A stretch of 64,000 nucleotides of DNA from positions 256,001-320,000 of the forward strand of contig CAWJZV010000034.1 in assembly GCA_963847445.1 (NCBI GenBank). The letters are read 5' to 3'. How positions within the stretch are numbered: the first letter of the stretch is position 1; every line of letters starts with the position of its first letter. The stretch is from an uncultured delta proteobacterium (lineage in GTDB: Bacteria > Desulfobacterota > Binatia > UBA9968). Below the pieces are notes generated by a model that saw nothing but the letters and a program-made list of their open reading frames with translations, was not told the DNA's origin and made no database searches. Of the stretch, positions 39,896 to 51,368 are shown in pieces. Made by a program: the position numbers and the translations under genes.

Positions 39896-40662
39896 CGGCA
39901 ATGGGACAAATGCCTGACGCGGTTAACGAACTCAATCCGGGGATTTTTCAGATTCGCGGCCTCAAAGGCAGCAGTCATAGTTACGTTCTCAAAGGCGATT
40001 ACATGAACGTGATGATCGACACCGGTTCGGATCAAAACTTTCCGGTGCTGGAGCGCGGCTTGCGCCATATCGGCATGAAGGTGCGCGACGTCAACCTGGT
40101 GATCAACTCGCACGAGCATTGCGATCATATTGGCGCCAATCGTTACTTTCAGGAAACCGCGATGATCGCGGCCTATCGTTTGGCCGCGTCGAAGATGACT
40201 ACCGGCGATTACTACGTGACCATGTACAAGGGCAACGATCTGAACGAACCGCCGATGCGGGTGCATCTGTGGTTGGAGAATATGACGCGCATCGACCTGG
40301 GCAATTATACGCTGCGCGTCTTTCACACGCCGGGTCACACTTCCGGCTGCATTTCGATCATCGAGAGCACCTGCGGTCTGCTGTTTTCCGCCGACAGCGT
40401 GTTCGCCGGCGGCACGCTCTCCTACATCGCCGAGAGCGGTAGTATCGGCGACTACCTCGACTCGCTGGCGCGGCTGCGCAGTTTCAGTCTGAAGGCGCTC
40501 TATCCCGGTCATGGGCGAGTGTCGGCGACGCCGATCGAAGATATTGATCGCGCGGTCGCCAACGCGCAACTGTTGCTGGAAACAAAGAACAACGAGAAGG
40601 TCGACATTTTCTATCAGAATGCGCATGAGAATTCCGATGCAATGGCAGGGATGGTGTTGTAA
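39892..40662 (+). CDS. MBL-fold metallohydrolase
   Basis: IDTG, SHEHCDHIG, HTPGHTSG, FSAD, YPGHG. Confidence 0.9.
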   Translation: MTAMGQMPDAVNELNPGIFQIRGLKGSSHSYVLKGDYMNVMIDTGSDQNFPVLERGLRHIGMKVRDVNLVINSHEHCDHIGANRYFQETAMIAAYRLAASKMTTGDYYVTMYKGNDLNEPPMRVHLWLENMTRIDLGNYTLRVFHTPGHTSGCISIIESTCGLLFSADSVFAGGTLSYIAESGSIGDYLDSLARLRSFSLKALYPGHGRVSATPIEDIDRAVANAQLLLETKNNEKVDIFYQNAHENSDAMAGMVL

Positions 40663-40744
40663 GCGACTAAGAAACGGTTCGTAAAAATATTTACGCTTGC
40701 GGCGCCGAGACGCCGCAAGCACGAGAAGAACGGTCCGGGTGTCG

Positions 40745-40812
40745 ACGCTGAAGCCCGCGACCATGGCAATGGCGCCTGATTCCTCAAACGGGATCGAGCG
40801 CCATTTTTATTT
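40745..40812 (+). promoter_or_regulatory. Second ANTAR-type hairpin plus terminator
   Basis: GGC-AATGGC-GCC hexaloop overlapping ATGGCGC...GCGCCAT-TTTTATTT. The upstream hairpin CGC-TGAAGCCC-GCG is imperfect. Confidence 0.65.
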
Positions 40813-40907
40813 GCAACGAATGATTAAAGAGGTGACGCGATGATCGAAGAACAGGTTTCCAGCAATAACCAACGACTCGAAGACCAAGAAGCGCGGAAAG
40901 GATTGCC

Positions 40908-41903
40908 ATGAAAGTGAAAATGTTTCCGATGCTCGCATTGACGCTATCGCTGGCCCTCGTGCAGGGAAGCGGCGCCCAAGAAAAATTGGAAAAACTTCAC
41001 GTCGGTGTGGCCGGGTTAAGCGGCGCGCTGGCGCATGCGTTCATCCCGAAAGACACCGGCCTGTACGAGAAATTTGGCCTGGATGTGGATTTAGTTTTCT
41101 TTCAGGGCGGCACCCAGGGAGTGCAATCTCTGATTGCCGGCGGCGTGCAATTCATCGTGTCTTCGGGATCGGAGGTTATTGCCGCGCGGGTTGCCGGTTC
41201 TGACATCACTATCATCGCAGGCTACATGAATACGGTGCCTTACAGCATAGTCGCCGACAAAGGCGTCCGCCGGTTCGAGGACTTGAAGGGCGGCAAGGCG
41301 GCAGTCAGCCGGTTCGGCACCACTTCAGATCTCGCGTTACGTTATGCCTTTGAACAGAATGGGTTGTTCCCAGGCAAAGATATTACCTTAGTCCAGTTGG
41401 GCGATCAGGGCGCCCGCTTCGCGGCGCTCACCGGCGGCACGGTGCAAGCGACGGTGATCTCGCCCCCCTTCGATCTCACCGCCAAAAAACTGGGATATCG
41501 AATTCTCGCCGATATGGCGGATCTCGGCTTGCATTATCAGCATGAAGCCTTGGCCACCACGGAGCGCATGCTTGCGGCCAGACCGGATACGGCACGCCGG
41601 TTTCTCAAGGCGTTCATCGCCGGCATCCATGTCTGGATGACCGATGAGAAAAAGACCAAAGAGATATTGGCCAAACGGTTAAGGATCAAGGATAACGAAA
41701 TTCTCGACGAAACCTATTCGGCCTACAAGAAACTGACTGAAAAGAAACCTTATCCGACTCTCCCTGGCCTGGAATTTCAGATCGCCGATTTGGCGCTGCG
41801 AAACGCCAAAGCCAAAGGCGCCCGGGCCGATACATTCGTCAATCTCGGCTTGCTGAAGGAGATCGACAGCAGTGGTTATATCGACGGTCTGTACAAAAGA
41901 TAG
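40908..41903 (+). CDS. ABC transporter substrate-binding protein, NitT/TauT (SsuA/NMT1) family
   Basis: Signal peptide, GLYEKFGLDVDL, EDLKGGKAAVSRFGT, RFLKA, SGYIDGLY. Confidence 0.88.
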   Translation: MKVKMFPMLALTLSLALVQGSGAQEKLEKLHVGVAGLSGALAHAFIPKDTGLYEKFGLDVDLVFFQGGTQGVQSLIAGGVQFIVSSGSEVIAARVAGSDITIIAGYMNTVPYSIVADKGVRRFEDLKGGKAAVSRFGTTSDLALRYAFEQNGLFPGKDITLVQLGDQGARFAALTGGTVQATVISPPFDLTAKKLGYRILADMADLGLHYQHEALATTERMLAARPDTARRFLKAFIAGIHVWMTDEKKTKEILAKRLRIKDNEILDETYSAYKKLTEKKPYPTLPGLEFQIADLALRNAKAKGARADTFVNLGLLKEIDSSGYIDGLYKR

Positions 41904-41960
41904 CGCATGATTCGAAGTAGGCGCTCCGTTATCAACCCTATTTTGGTGAAGGAGATGAAC

Positions 41961-42526
41961 ATGCAGAAAGTAACAAAGATTTTAGTCCCGATCGATTTTT
42001 CTCCCGAGTCCGGCAGGCCTTGCGCGATGCTGCCTCAATAGCGCGGGAAACCGGCGCGCAGCTGATCGCGTTGCATGTCATCGATGAAAGAGTCGAGAGA
42101 GATATGTTGCTGTCTTCGATCGTGTCGGTCGACGGTTGGCGGTTTCCCTTGGACGGCTTGGCAGCGATCCCGCTGGACCTTGTGATGCGCGAGCGAGCGC
42201 TCGATTTGTGGAACTTTGTCGAGCGTGAGGCCGAGCCGCTGAGCCAGGACAGGGTTAAGAAAGTGGTCAGACTCGGCAAGTTCACCAGAGAAATAACCAA
42301 CTTCATGCGCGATGAGGAAGTCGATCTGCTGGTTCTCAAACTGCGCCGGAGGCGGCGGTTTCCCGATCTAACGACGCTACAGCTTGTCACCATTGCTGGG
42401 CGGCTGTCATGTCCAGTTTTGCTGGACCCGCCGGCCGTCCGCGACCTTCCGGAGCCAAAAAATGGTTTGTTGACTTTCAATCTGTTACCGACGTGGAGAT
42501 TCCTGAGCTGTCGCCAGGCGATCTAA
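41961..42526 (+). CDS. Universal stress protein (frameshift near 42015)
   Basis: KILVPIDFSPES, then LIALHV, VDLLVL and SCPVL. Confidence 0.75.
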
Positions 42527-42591
42527 CGATCAGGCCGGCTTCTGGACTAGCGGGTTGGCAATGGCGCCGATCCATGCCGTGTTCTGACGTT

Positions 42592-42708
42592 TGCCTAAAT
42601 TGTTGGCGGTAGGCGAATAAACCATAGGCAAGCCGCTTTCGAGTCGAACGTCAAAGGTGCTGAATTTATTTTATTATTGCCGATTCACATGGCGGCATAA
42701 GCGTTGCG
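42592..42708 (+). promoter_or_regulatory. Tandem enhancer boxes and sigma54 promoter of nirA remnant
   Basis: TGCCTA-N5-TTGGCG (42592), CGAATA-N5-TAGGCA (42614); CGGCAT-AAGCG-TTGCG (42693-42708). Confidence 0.7.
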
Positions 42709-42726
42709 TATAGAGCATCGCGAGAG

Positions 42727-43182
42727 ATGAACAAGATTGAAGAATATAAGAAGGAGAAAGCCGGCCTCGATATTCTCGGTGACATACCGCGCTACGCCGC
42801 TGCAGGATGGGAAAGCATCACCGACGGTGACAAGGAGCGTTTAAAATGGGCCGGGATTTTCTTTCGGCGGCAGACTCCCGGGCGCTTCATGATGCGGCTG
42901 CGCTTCGCCAACGGCTTCATCAACGCGGCGCAGCTGCGCACCATCGGTGAAATTAGCCGCGACTTCGGCAAAGCCTTCGCCGATATCACGACGCGCCAGC
43001 AGATTCAGTTGCGCGAATTCAGAATCAACGATGTGCCGGAGATCTGGCGGAGACTGCGCGCCGTCGATTTGATTTCTTTGCAGACCGGCATGGATAACAT
43101 TCGCGGCGTGATCGGCTGCCCGGTGGCCGGTCTCACTCCCAATGAGTTGTTCGACGCTTCGCTTTGCAATGTGATTGCTTAA
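42727..43182 (+). pseudogene. nirA: Truncated ferredoxin-nitrite reductase (first ~145 aa only)
   Basis: MNKIEEYK.EK, RLKWAG, FMMRLR, DITTRQQIQLR, GMDNIR...CPVAG. The sequence then switches to the AT-rich porin promoter. Confidence 0.8.
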
Positions 43183-43309
43183 ATTTTCAGCAGCAGCGTC
43201 AATAATTAGGCAATTATTCATCCGTGGGGTTTCCCATCGGTGAAAAAGCGGTGTGAAATGAAAGATCGAATTACTAGTGGATGGAATTTTCCATGGCATT
43301 CGTTTTGCT
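43176..43309 (+). promoter_or_regulatory. Tandem enhancer boxes and sigma54 promoter of porin gene
   Basis: TGCTTA-N5-TCAGCA (43176), GCGTCA-N5-TAGGCA (43196); TGGCAT-TCGTT-TTGCT (43294-43309). Confidence 0.78.
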
Positions 43310-43427
43310 CGATTTTTACGAAATTAAATATTAGTGAAATTTGTCCGGACTTAGTGAATAGTTCGTTTGGGTTTAGTGACGTATTTGCTATAAATTAGCG
43401 AAATCGATTTTCGAGGAGGATTGGGTA

Positions 43428-44668
43428 ATGAAACGTGGAATGGTTCGAATCGCGCTCTTAGCTGGAGTCATCATGCTTAGGGGGCAAAACGTTAAGGCGG
43501 CCGAAGATAAGCCGCTCGGCCCAGGCTGGTTGAGTCTGGATAGCAGTGTCGGCAAGCTCGATGGCGCCATCGCCAACGGCAAAAGTGGGTTGGAAAATGC
43601 TTTGGGCATCGGCATCAGCGGATTTATCGATATGGGCTACACATGGAGCTCGAATCATCCCGGTAATGGGGCTAATATCTCCGGCCGCTATTTCGATAAA
43701 GACAATAATCAGTTTAATGTTAATAATTTTCATCTCGCACTAGAAAAGCCGGAAAAGGATTGGGGCGTTGGTTTCAGGGTTTCCGGTGATTTTGGTCGAT
43801 ATGGCGAGCTGCTGCACGAAGCGACACAGTGGAACAAGACCGGTGCCAGGTTTTGCTGCGGACCGTCGGCCGAACTGCGTGAGGCGTATCTTAACACCAC
43901 GATTCCTGTGGGCGCGGGGATCGGTATCAAAGGCGGCTTGTTCACAACTCTCTTGGGCACGGAAATTCTCAACAACCCCGGCGCATATAACGACAATATC
44001 TCTCGTTCTTTCGCGTTTAACTTTGGTGTCCCACTGCGCCATCTCGGGATGTTGTTCAGCTATCCGTTTCACAAAACGGTCACGGCCACTTTAGGCGTGG
44101 TGACCGGTTGGGATAATCCGCACGACAACAACAGCGCGCCGTCCGGTATTGTCGGCGTGAACCTTAACCCCGAGCGATGCCTTTGGCTTGGCGAGCAATC
44201 TCATATATTGGTCCCGAACAAAGGCATAACACCGGACGCCAAAGGCTGACCTGGAGCAGCGTGGCGACGATCAAACCGACGGATCCTTTGACAATTTTGC
44301 TCGAATATACGTTTGGCGGGGAATCTGAAGTGGCCACGCCGACGAGCAATAAGGAAGATGCTTACTGGCATGCTCTTGCGGCTATCGCATCATGGAGCTG
44401 GACCGACCGTTTCACCACGGCTCTGCGCGGCGAGGTTTTCTTCGATAATGAAGCTGCGCGAACTGCCGGCCTATCGGCCACTACTCCCCAACATAATGTC
44501 ACACTCGGCGAACTGACTTTGACCGGCAGCTATAAGTTTACCAAGATGCTGATCGGTCGCGCCGAGCTGCGTCAGGATTGGGCCAACCACCCAGTCTATC
44601 AAAAAGGCCGAAACAGCGCCGATAGCAATCAAACGACGATCGGCATGCAATTGCTTTACACGTTCTAA
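43428..44668 (+). CDS. Outer-membrane beta-barrel porin (DUF1597/BBP2-like), frameshifted
   Basis: Signal peptide, ELREAY, GLFTTLLGTE..NDNISRS, RAELRQD, C-terminal LLYTF. Confidence 0.85.
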
Positions 44669-44693
44669 GTCGATTGCCTCCACTTAGGGCGGA

Positions 44694-44727
44694 CGGGGAG
44701 CAGCCGATGGGCTGCTCCCCTTTTTTT
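44694..44727 (+). terminator. Intrinsic terminator
   Basis: GGGGAGCAGCC-GATG-GGCTGCTCCCC-T-run. Confidence 0.85.
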
Positions 44728-44842
44728 GGCTCGATGACAGCTCCCGCCACAGGCTTCGTTAGTTTGCCCTGCCCGCGCCGCTGGAAAAAAAACCTGGCGA
44801 CTGTTAGTCCTGAATTATCTCGTCGTCGGCTGACCCGTTCAA

Positions 44843-46430
44843 TTGATTCGCCAAAACCACTTTCCGTTCATTCTCGTCATTTTAAGTTCTCTGTTGTTTT
44901 TCTTCGCTCTCGGCTCGCGTGATTTCTGGGCGCCGGTGGAGCCGCGCTACGCCGAGATCGTTCGGGTGATGTTTGCCAAGGGCGAGTGGATCGTTCCCAC
45001 CGTCAACGGGGGCATTTACACCGACAAGCCGATTCTCTTCTTCTGGCTGGCGCTGATCGCGTCGAAGCTTTGCGGCGGCGTGTCCGAGTGGACGGTGCGG
45101 TTTCCCGCCGCGCTCGGCGGCGTCGGATTTATTTTATCGACGTACTTCTTCGGTCGTGATTTCTTCAGCCCGCGCATCGGCTTGATCGCGGCGGCGATCC
45201 TGGCGACGACCATGCGCGTGATCTGGGAAGCGCGCTGGGCCCATGTCGACATGGTTTTTTGTTGTTGGTTCTTGCTGTCGGTTTACTTCGCTGCACGAAC
45301 TTTTCTCCGCAAAGATCGCGGTTACGAAATTCTTTCGCCTACGTTTTCATGGGATTGGCGGTACTGACCAAGGGGCTGATCGGCGTCGTCTTGCCGGGCT
45401 TGGTGTTTGGTTTCGTTCATGCTCGTGCGGCGCGATTGGCGCATGATCGCGGCAGCTAAGCTTCATTTGGGAATTCCCATTTTCCTGCTGGTCACCATGC
45501 CGTGGCTTTATCTAGTTCAGCAAGCGACCGACGGGCGTTGGCTCAGCGAGTTTATTTACATCCATCATTTGCAGCGTTACACCGCCGGTGCCGGCCATCG
45601 GCAGCCGGTCTATTATTATCTGACGACGCTACCCACCGATTTTTTGCCATGGACGATCTTCGCTATCCCCGCACTGATCGCGCGTTGGCCTTATCGCCAA
45701 GCCTTGAAGGATGTCTCCAGTCAACTTTGTCTCTGCTGGTTTCTGGCGATCTTGTTATTTTTTGCTATCTCCGATACCAAGCGCGATCTTTATTTGCTGC
45801 CGTTGCTGCCGACGGTGGCGTTATTGGTTGCTTGCTACTGGGACTCTCTCGGCGCTGAAGCGCGACGCGCTAGGCGCGTCATCCCGCTGGCTCACGGCCG
45901 GCTTTTTCGCGCTGCTTGCTCTCGGCGCTTTCCTGATTCCAGCGGCGGCGTGGTGGCTGCGACCCGATGCGCTGCTGCCGCTGCTGCCGGCGAGTCTGGT
46001 ATTGACGATCGGCGGCGCGCTTGTCGCCGCATACTTGCTGCAGCGCGAGTTTTGTAGGGCGATGGTGGCGATCGTCGCTTTGATGACACTGTCGATGGTC
46101 ACGGCGGCGCTTTGGATATTCCCTTATTTGGAAAATTTTAAATCGCCGCGACCGTTCGCCTTGGAGATCAAGAGAGTGGTGCCGGCGTCAGCGCCGTTGT
46201 ATATCTATGCCGACACCATGCATGATTTTAATTTTTATGCCGAGCGCGAAGTCATGCCGGTTCTAACTTCACCGGCGGTATTGGCAAAATTGCTAAAGAC
46301 AGGCCAAACTGGGTTTCTCTTGGTCAGGGAGCGCGATTTCGGCAGATTACCGATGTTGTCGCGGACTTGGGTAATCGCCAGCGATGGTAAAGGGCGTATG
46401 CCGTGGCATTTAGTTGAGTTCAAAAGATGA
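44843..46430 (+). CDS. ArnT/GT39 family glycosyltransferase (multiple frameshifts)
   Basis: EPRYAEIVR.M...W, DKPILFFW, LTKG, H.QP.YYY, FLPW, K...YLLP. Confidence 0.85.
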
Positions 46431-46855
46431 TCAGAAACATTTCCTGGATCGCAGTTGCCGTGATGGTGGCTTACCTGCTCTGGTGGCTGGTTCCGGCATA
46501 TTTCCCAAGGGAGGCGGACGATCCGCGCTCGCAGGAGTATTTGAGCCGCATCGCCGCGGAGATCAATCGCGGTGTGCCGATGATGATCGATAAGGAGACC
46601 GAGCTGATGCCGTCCTCAGGCCATGAAGGGATGCTGATCTATAATTATCGTTTAGTGAGTTATGCGGTAAAAAAACTTGACCATCAACGATTCGCCGCCG
46701 GTGCGCGCGATCGCTTAGTGCAAGGCGCGTGCGGCCGGCCCGAGACCCGCGACGATTTCCTCAAGAAAGGCGTAACTCTACGTTACTCCTATTTCGACAA
46801 GGACAAGCAGCATATCGCGTCCATCGATGTGACGCCGAAGGATTGCGGCTTCTGA
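46427..46855 (+). CDS. Hypothetical membrane-anchored protein
   Basis: N-terminal TM, NRGVPMMIDKET, two Cys ending PKDC. Coupled to the upstream stop (ATGA). Confidence 0.7.
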   Translation: MIRNISWIAVAVMVAYLLWWLVPAYFPREADDPRSQEYLSRIAAEINRGVPMMIDKETELMPSSGHEGMLIYNYRLVSYAVKKLDHQRFAAGARDRLVQGACGRPETRDDFLKKGVTLRYSYFDKDKQHIASIDVTPKDCGF

Positions 46856-46867
46856 GGGTGGGCGAAT

Positions 46868-46948
46868 TGGAGTGATGGAGTAGTGGAGTATCGGAGTGGT
46901 GGTCCGGTCCAGAGCCCATCACTCCACCATTCCAATACTCCATCACTG
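46868..46948. repeat. Periodic palindromic intergenic repeat
   Basis: (TGGAGTRR)-like octamers mirrored by (CACTCCA/TACTCCA) units between convergent genes. Confidence 0.7.
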
Positions 46949-46962
46949 CAGCGCGCTTCGCG

Positions 46963-47992
46963 CTATTTGAGGATTTCTTTCGCGCGCGGAATCAGTTTGG
47001 GGTCGAGTTTGAAAACATCGAGGACATTTTTTTCCAGCTCTGCGCCGTCGAGCGGGCTGATGTCGAGTTTGGCCTTTGTCGCATCAGCAAGGAACTCCGG
47101 ATCTTTCATGACGTCCATGAATGCCTTTCGCAGGATCGTTAAACGATCCTTCGGGGTGCCGGGCGGAAGCATATAGGGTCTGGCTGCTGGGCCTACGCTG
47201 TGAACCAAAGCGTTGATTAGATTCCGAGCTTCGTCTGTCTTGGCATAGCTAATCGCCAACGGGACCTTGGTTAGCTCCGGGTGCGATTTCGCAGTGGTCT
47301 GCAATACGATCTGCAGGTCGCCGCCTTTAAGCTCATTAGGCCAGGTCGCGGCAAAAGGACTGCCAAGAGTTGCACACCCCTTGGACTTCGCCGCTGTCGT
47401 AGGCCAATCTTACTGTCGAGGTGCCTTTATAGCCGGAGACGAGTTGCGCAGGAAGCCCGATGGTTGCCATCAATACTTTGGGGATATCGTCCGTGGCTGA
47501 ACCCGCTCCGACCCCCCCAAGCTTGACGACGGTCTTGGACGACATCCATTGGTCCATGGTCGAGATGCCGGTATTTTTTTTCGACACGCCGATGACATAA
47601 TCGTCCTGGGTCGGGACGCCGATGTAGCCAAATTTGGCCGCGTCGAACTGGATGCCCGGTTTGCCCAGGAGTTGCTGCAGGAAAAGCCCGCCGATGAAGT
47701 GACCGATGGTCAGGCCGTCGGGCTTGGCGATATTGTACATGTAGTTGGCCGAGATCAGAAAGCCGGCGCCGGGCATATTTTCAACAACGAAGGTCGGATT
47801 GCCCGGAATATGTTTACCCATGTGTCGCGCAATCGTGCGCGAATAGGTATCGTAACCGCCGCCGGCGGAAGCGCCGACAATAATCCGGATGGTCTTGCCT
47901 TGGTAAAACTTGTCCTGGGCGACAGCGACGCCATGGTACCAGGTTAACGGCCAGCAAAACGGCTGCGAGCACGAAATGACATCTTGTTTCAT
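46963..47992 (-). CDS. Tripartite tricarboxylate transporter substrate-binding protein (TctC/Bug), frameshifted
   Basis: FYQGKTIRIIVGASAGGGYD, HIPGNP..VENMPGAG, PDGLT, GYKG, RPYMLPPGTP. Confidence 0.9.
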
Positions 47993-48059
47993 AGATTGAT
48001 TCTCCTCTTGTTTTAAGGTCTTAGACGATAGCGGCTGACCACTTATTGCAGGATCTCTT

Positions 48060-49139
48060 TTAGCTGACTTGACGATGGCTGGCTCTATCTTGAAGAGCTG
48101 CATCGACGATTTTTTCAATTTCCTCGCCGGTCAACGGATCGATGTCGAGGCGTGATTGTTTAGCGTCGGCGATGAACTCCGGATCTTTAAGCGTCTCGCC
48201 GAACGCTTTCCGCAGCAGTTGCACGCGATCCTTGGGCGTCCCGGGCGCCACCGCGTAAGGGCGGGTGATCGCGGCGGGATCGTGGCCGCCGAATTTGAGG
48301 ATTTGCTTGGCGTTGTCGTTAGCGGCGAAGTCGACGGCGTTGGGGACTTTCGCTAGTTCGGGGTGCGGCTTGGGATTGACCTGCAAGACGATGAAGACGT
48401 TGCCGGAGTCGAGGCCTTGACGCCAGATCGACTTGATCGATTCCCATTGCCAGCAGCCGCCGGCGACTTCGCCGGCTTCGGCGGCGAGCCGAACCTCCGC
48501 CGTGCCTTTGTAGCCCGCCACTAGTTGGATCGGCAACTTGAGCGCGGCGAGCAGGAGCTTGGCGGTGTTATACGTCGTGTCGCCCGGCGCAACGCCGCCG
48601 ATTTTCACCGGCGTTTTCGAGTTCCTCAATGCGTCGAAAGTGGTGATGCCGCTTGCCTTGGTAAAGGCGCAGGCGACGTTGTCCTGGGTCGGGATGCCGA
48701 TGTATTCGAACTTGCGCGCGTCGAACTCGATGCCCGGCTTGCCGATGACTTGATTGATCACCTGGTTGCCATGGAAATTCAAAATCGTCAGGCCGTCGGG
48801 CTTGGCGACCTTATATACGTGATTGGCGGCGAGCAGACTGGCGGCGCCGGTCATGTTCTCGACGACGATGGCCGGGTTCCCCGGAATATGGTGGCCGAGG
48901 TGACGCGCGATCAGGCGCGAGTAAGTGTCGAAGCCGCCGCCGGCGGAGAAGCCGACGATTAATTTTATAGTCTTGCCTTCGTAGAATGGCGCGGCTGCCT
49001 GGGCCGACGTCAGCGCTGTCATAACCAGGAGCATTTGGCCGAGTGATATGCCTAAAAGTTTAAACACTTGATTAATTCCTTTACCGAGACTCGGAACTTT
49101 AACGCAGGCAATTAATAATGAAAAATCGACCTGAGTCAA
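48060..49139 (-). CDS. Tripartite tricarboxylate transporter substrate-binding protein (TctC/Bug)
   Basis: FYEGKTIKLIVGFSAGGGFD, PDGLT, GYKGTAE, RPYAVAPGTP. The start codon is uncertain. Confidence 0.9.
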   Translation of the reverse strand: MTQVDFSLLIACVKVPSLGKGINQVFKLLGISLGQMLLVMTALTSAQAAAPFYEGKTIKLIVGFSAGGGFDTYSRLIARHLGHHIPGNPAIVVENMTGAASLLAANHVYKVAKPDGLTILNFHGNQVINQVIGKPGIEFDARKFEYIGIPTQDNVACAFTKASGITTFDALRNSKTPVKIGGVAPGDTTYNTAKLLLAALKLPIQLVAGYKGTAEVRLAAEAGEVAGGCWQWESIKSIWRQGLDSGNVFIVLQVNPKPHPELAKVPNAVDFAANDNAKQILKFGGHDPAAITRPYAVAPGTPKDRVQLLRKAFGETLKDPEFIADAKQSRLDIDPLTGEEIEKIVDAALQDRASHRQVS

Positions 49140-49255
49140 TGGCAGCGTACCGCTCCGGGCAATCTCACGAACTCCGGGAGCAGTCGTTTTAGGTTAACCG
49201 TGACGCTTCAGCGAGGGACCCACGCGGTGACGATAATAGGTTCATTAGTATTCGA

Positions 49256-51360
49256 CTAATCGTTATCGCTGATCGTGACTTGCGCGGTATTTTGCGCACC
49301 GAGCGCTGCGCCGCCGGTAGGATTGGAGAGCGTAAGATTAATTGTTTCATTACCCTCGACAGCGGTGTCGTTAGTAATCGGTATCGTAAAGGTCTTAGTG
49401 GTTTGATTTACGGCGAAGGTGAGGGTTCCTGAAGTTGCGGTATAGTCCGATCCCGCCGTCGCTGTGCCGTCGCTAGTCGCATAGGTGACGCCAACACCGC
49501 TGGCGGTGCCGCCGGTGCGGGTAACCGTAATGATCGCTCTTCTGCCGGATTCGCTGACAGTGTAAGTGGGTGAGGCTAAACTGAACGGTGCCTGCGGCAT
49601 CGTCGTCATTCACGGTCAAGGTGGCCGTGCTCTGGCTTCCCAGACAGTCCACCGACCGGAGCGCTCAAGGTCAGATTGATCGTTTCATTGGCTTCATTGA
49701 GGGTGTCTCTCCTGATTGAAACGGTGAAAGTTTTGCTGGTCTGGCCGGCCGTGAAGCTTAGCTTCCCGGTCCTGGCGGTAAAGTCCGATCCTGAAGTCGC
49801 GGTGCCAGCGCTGACCGCATAGTTCGCCGACAAAGTGCCAACCGCAACGCCGGTGCGAGTTACTGTAATCGTTGCTCTGCCGCTGCTCTCGTCGAAAGTG
49901 TAATTTGCCTGAACTAAATTGCAGGGAAGGAAGCTCGTCCAAGGCGGCGAGGATTCTTATCCGCGGCTTGGTGAGGCCGTTCAGCCGGGTCGAAAACCGC
50001 TTGACCGGAAGTCTGCAATGCCGCCAGCATCTGGCTGACTGTGGCATTTGGCGCTGCTTGCTTGAGAATCGCAAAGGCTCCAGAGACATGCGGCGTGGCC
50101 ATGGAGGTTCCTGGAATTGCAGCGAAGCCGCCGCCGGGAATCGACGAGTTAATCACCGATCCCAGGAGCCAACAGCGATAGAAACGTTGCACTATTCGTG
50201 AATAATGAAACCTCATCCGTGGTCGATCCGCCGGAACCGTCTCCAGTAGAGCCGACACTGACCGCGTCGGGCACACAAGCAGGAGCCGCAATACGGTTTC
50301 CCTGACTGTCATTCCCCGACGCTACGACGGTGGCAATATTGGCGGTTTTAAGGGACCTTATAATACTTGCTCGTGGGTCGGTGTTGCAGGGAGCTGCCGA
50401 GGTTTGTCCGCCGAGACTCATGTTGACCGCGGCAATGTTGAACAGCGACCGCTGGCTATAAACATGCTGTAACCCAGCCAGGACATCTGAGGTGAATGCT
50501 AGAGCGCACGGCGCAGGATCGCCGCTCAACTGGCAGATAAACGCGTCCGAGAATTGGCTAAAAACCTGGATTGCCATGATCCCTGCGCCCGGCGCGACTC
50601 CGGCAAATCCTCCGGTTGATCCGCCTGCTGCGATGCCGGCCACGTGGGTGCCATGGTCACAGCCGTTGGCGTTACAAGGTACACCCGATCCAGTCGCTGT
50701 GGACGTCTCCGCGCCGCCAGGACATACACTCGTGGCCGATAGATTCGAATCATTAGATGAAAAACACGCTTCGGCGATGACTTTGCCGCTGAGGAATGCG
50801 TGACTCTTGTCTACACCCGTATCGAGTATCGCGATCACGGTGCCGGTGCCGTCCAAGCTGAGTCCCGCGAATCCGCCGGCCCACGCCTGGTCGGCTTGCA
50901 CCAGCGGGATGCTTTCGGCGAGAAATGGTGTGTTGAGTTGATCCTCTAAGACTTCGGTGACGACGCCGCGGAGGGATTCTAAGGCTTGAAGTCCCCCGGG
51001 GGTGAGACTGAGAGCCATAAATGGAAAATCTTGAAACTCATGAATGACCCGGTGCGGCAATCGCGATAAGCTAGCTCGTGTAGAGGCGCGAGCGAAGTCA
51101 ATAGTTCTGCGGCGGCTTGCGATCTCCAGGTCGCTCTCAATGTCAGATTCGGTAGTTGGCGGCGTGTTAAGCCGAACGATGACTCGGACGGTTCCTTGTT
51201 GCTGTGCCTTTTGCATTAAACTCTGTGGGACCATAAAGGAGGCCGCCCCGCTGACGATTCCAGCGGGGAGGAAAAAAAACTGGATGAATAAAACGGCCGC
51301 AAGAAGCGTGGGCAAAAGTGATCGGATAATCATGGTGTATTCCCTCAAGTATACAGGCAT
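49256..51360 (-). CDS. Secreted S8 subtilase with propeptide and two C-terminal Calx-beta domains (frameshifted)
   Basis: ILDTG, HGTHVAGIAA, ASGN and GTSMATPHVSG catalytic motifs; two GTAT.GSD..NETINLTLS repeats. Confidence 0.9.
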
Positions 51361-51368
51361 GCGTTTAT

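Noticed and set aside
42555-42570. Third ANTAR-like hairpin TGGC-AATGGC-GCCG
   Set aside because: It is single, has no overlapping terminator and lies upstream of the nirA sigma54 promoter. It may be chance or a relic.
46868-46948. CRISPR array
   Set aside because: The units are 8-nt periodic with no unique spacers, and no cas genes occur in the window.
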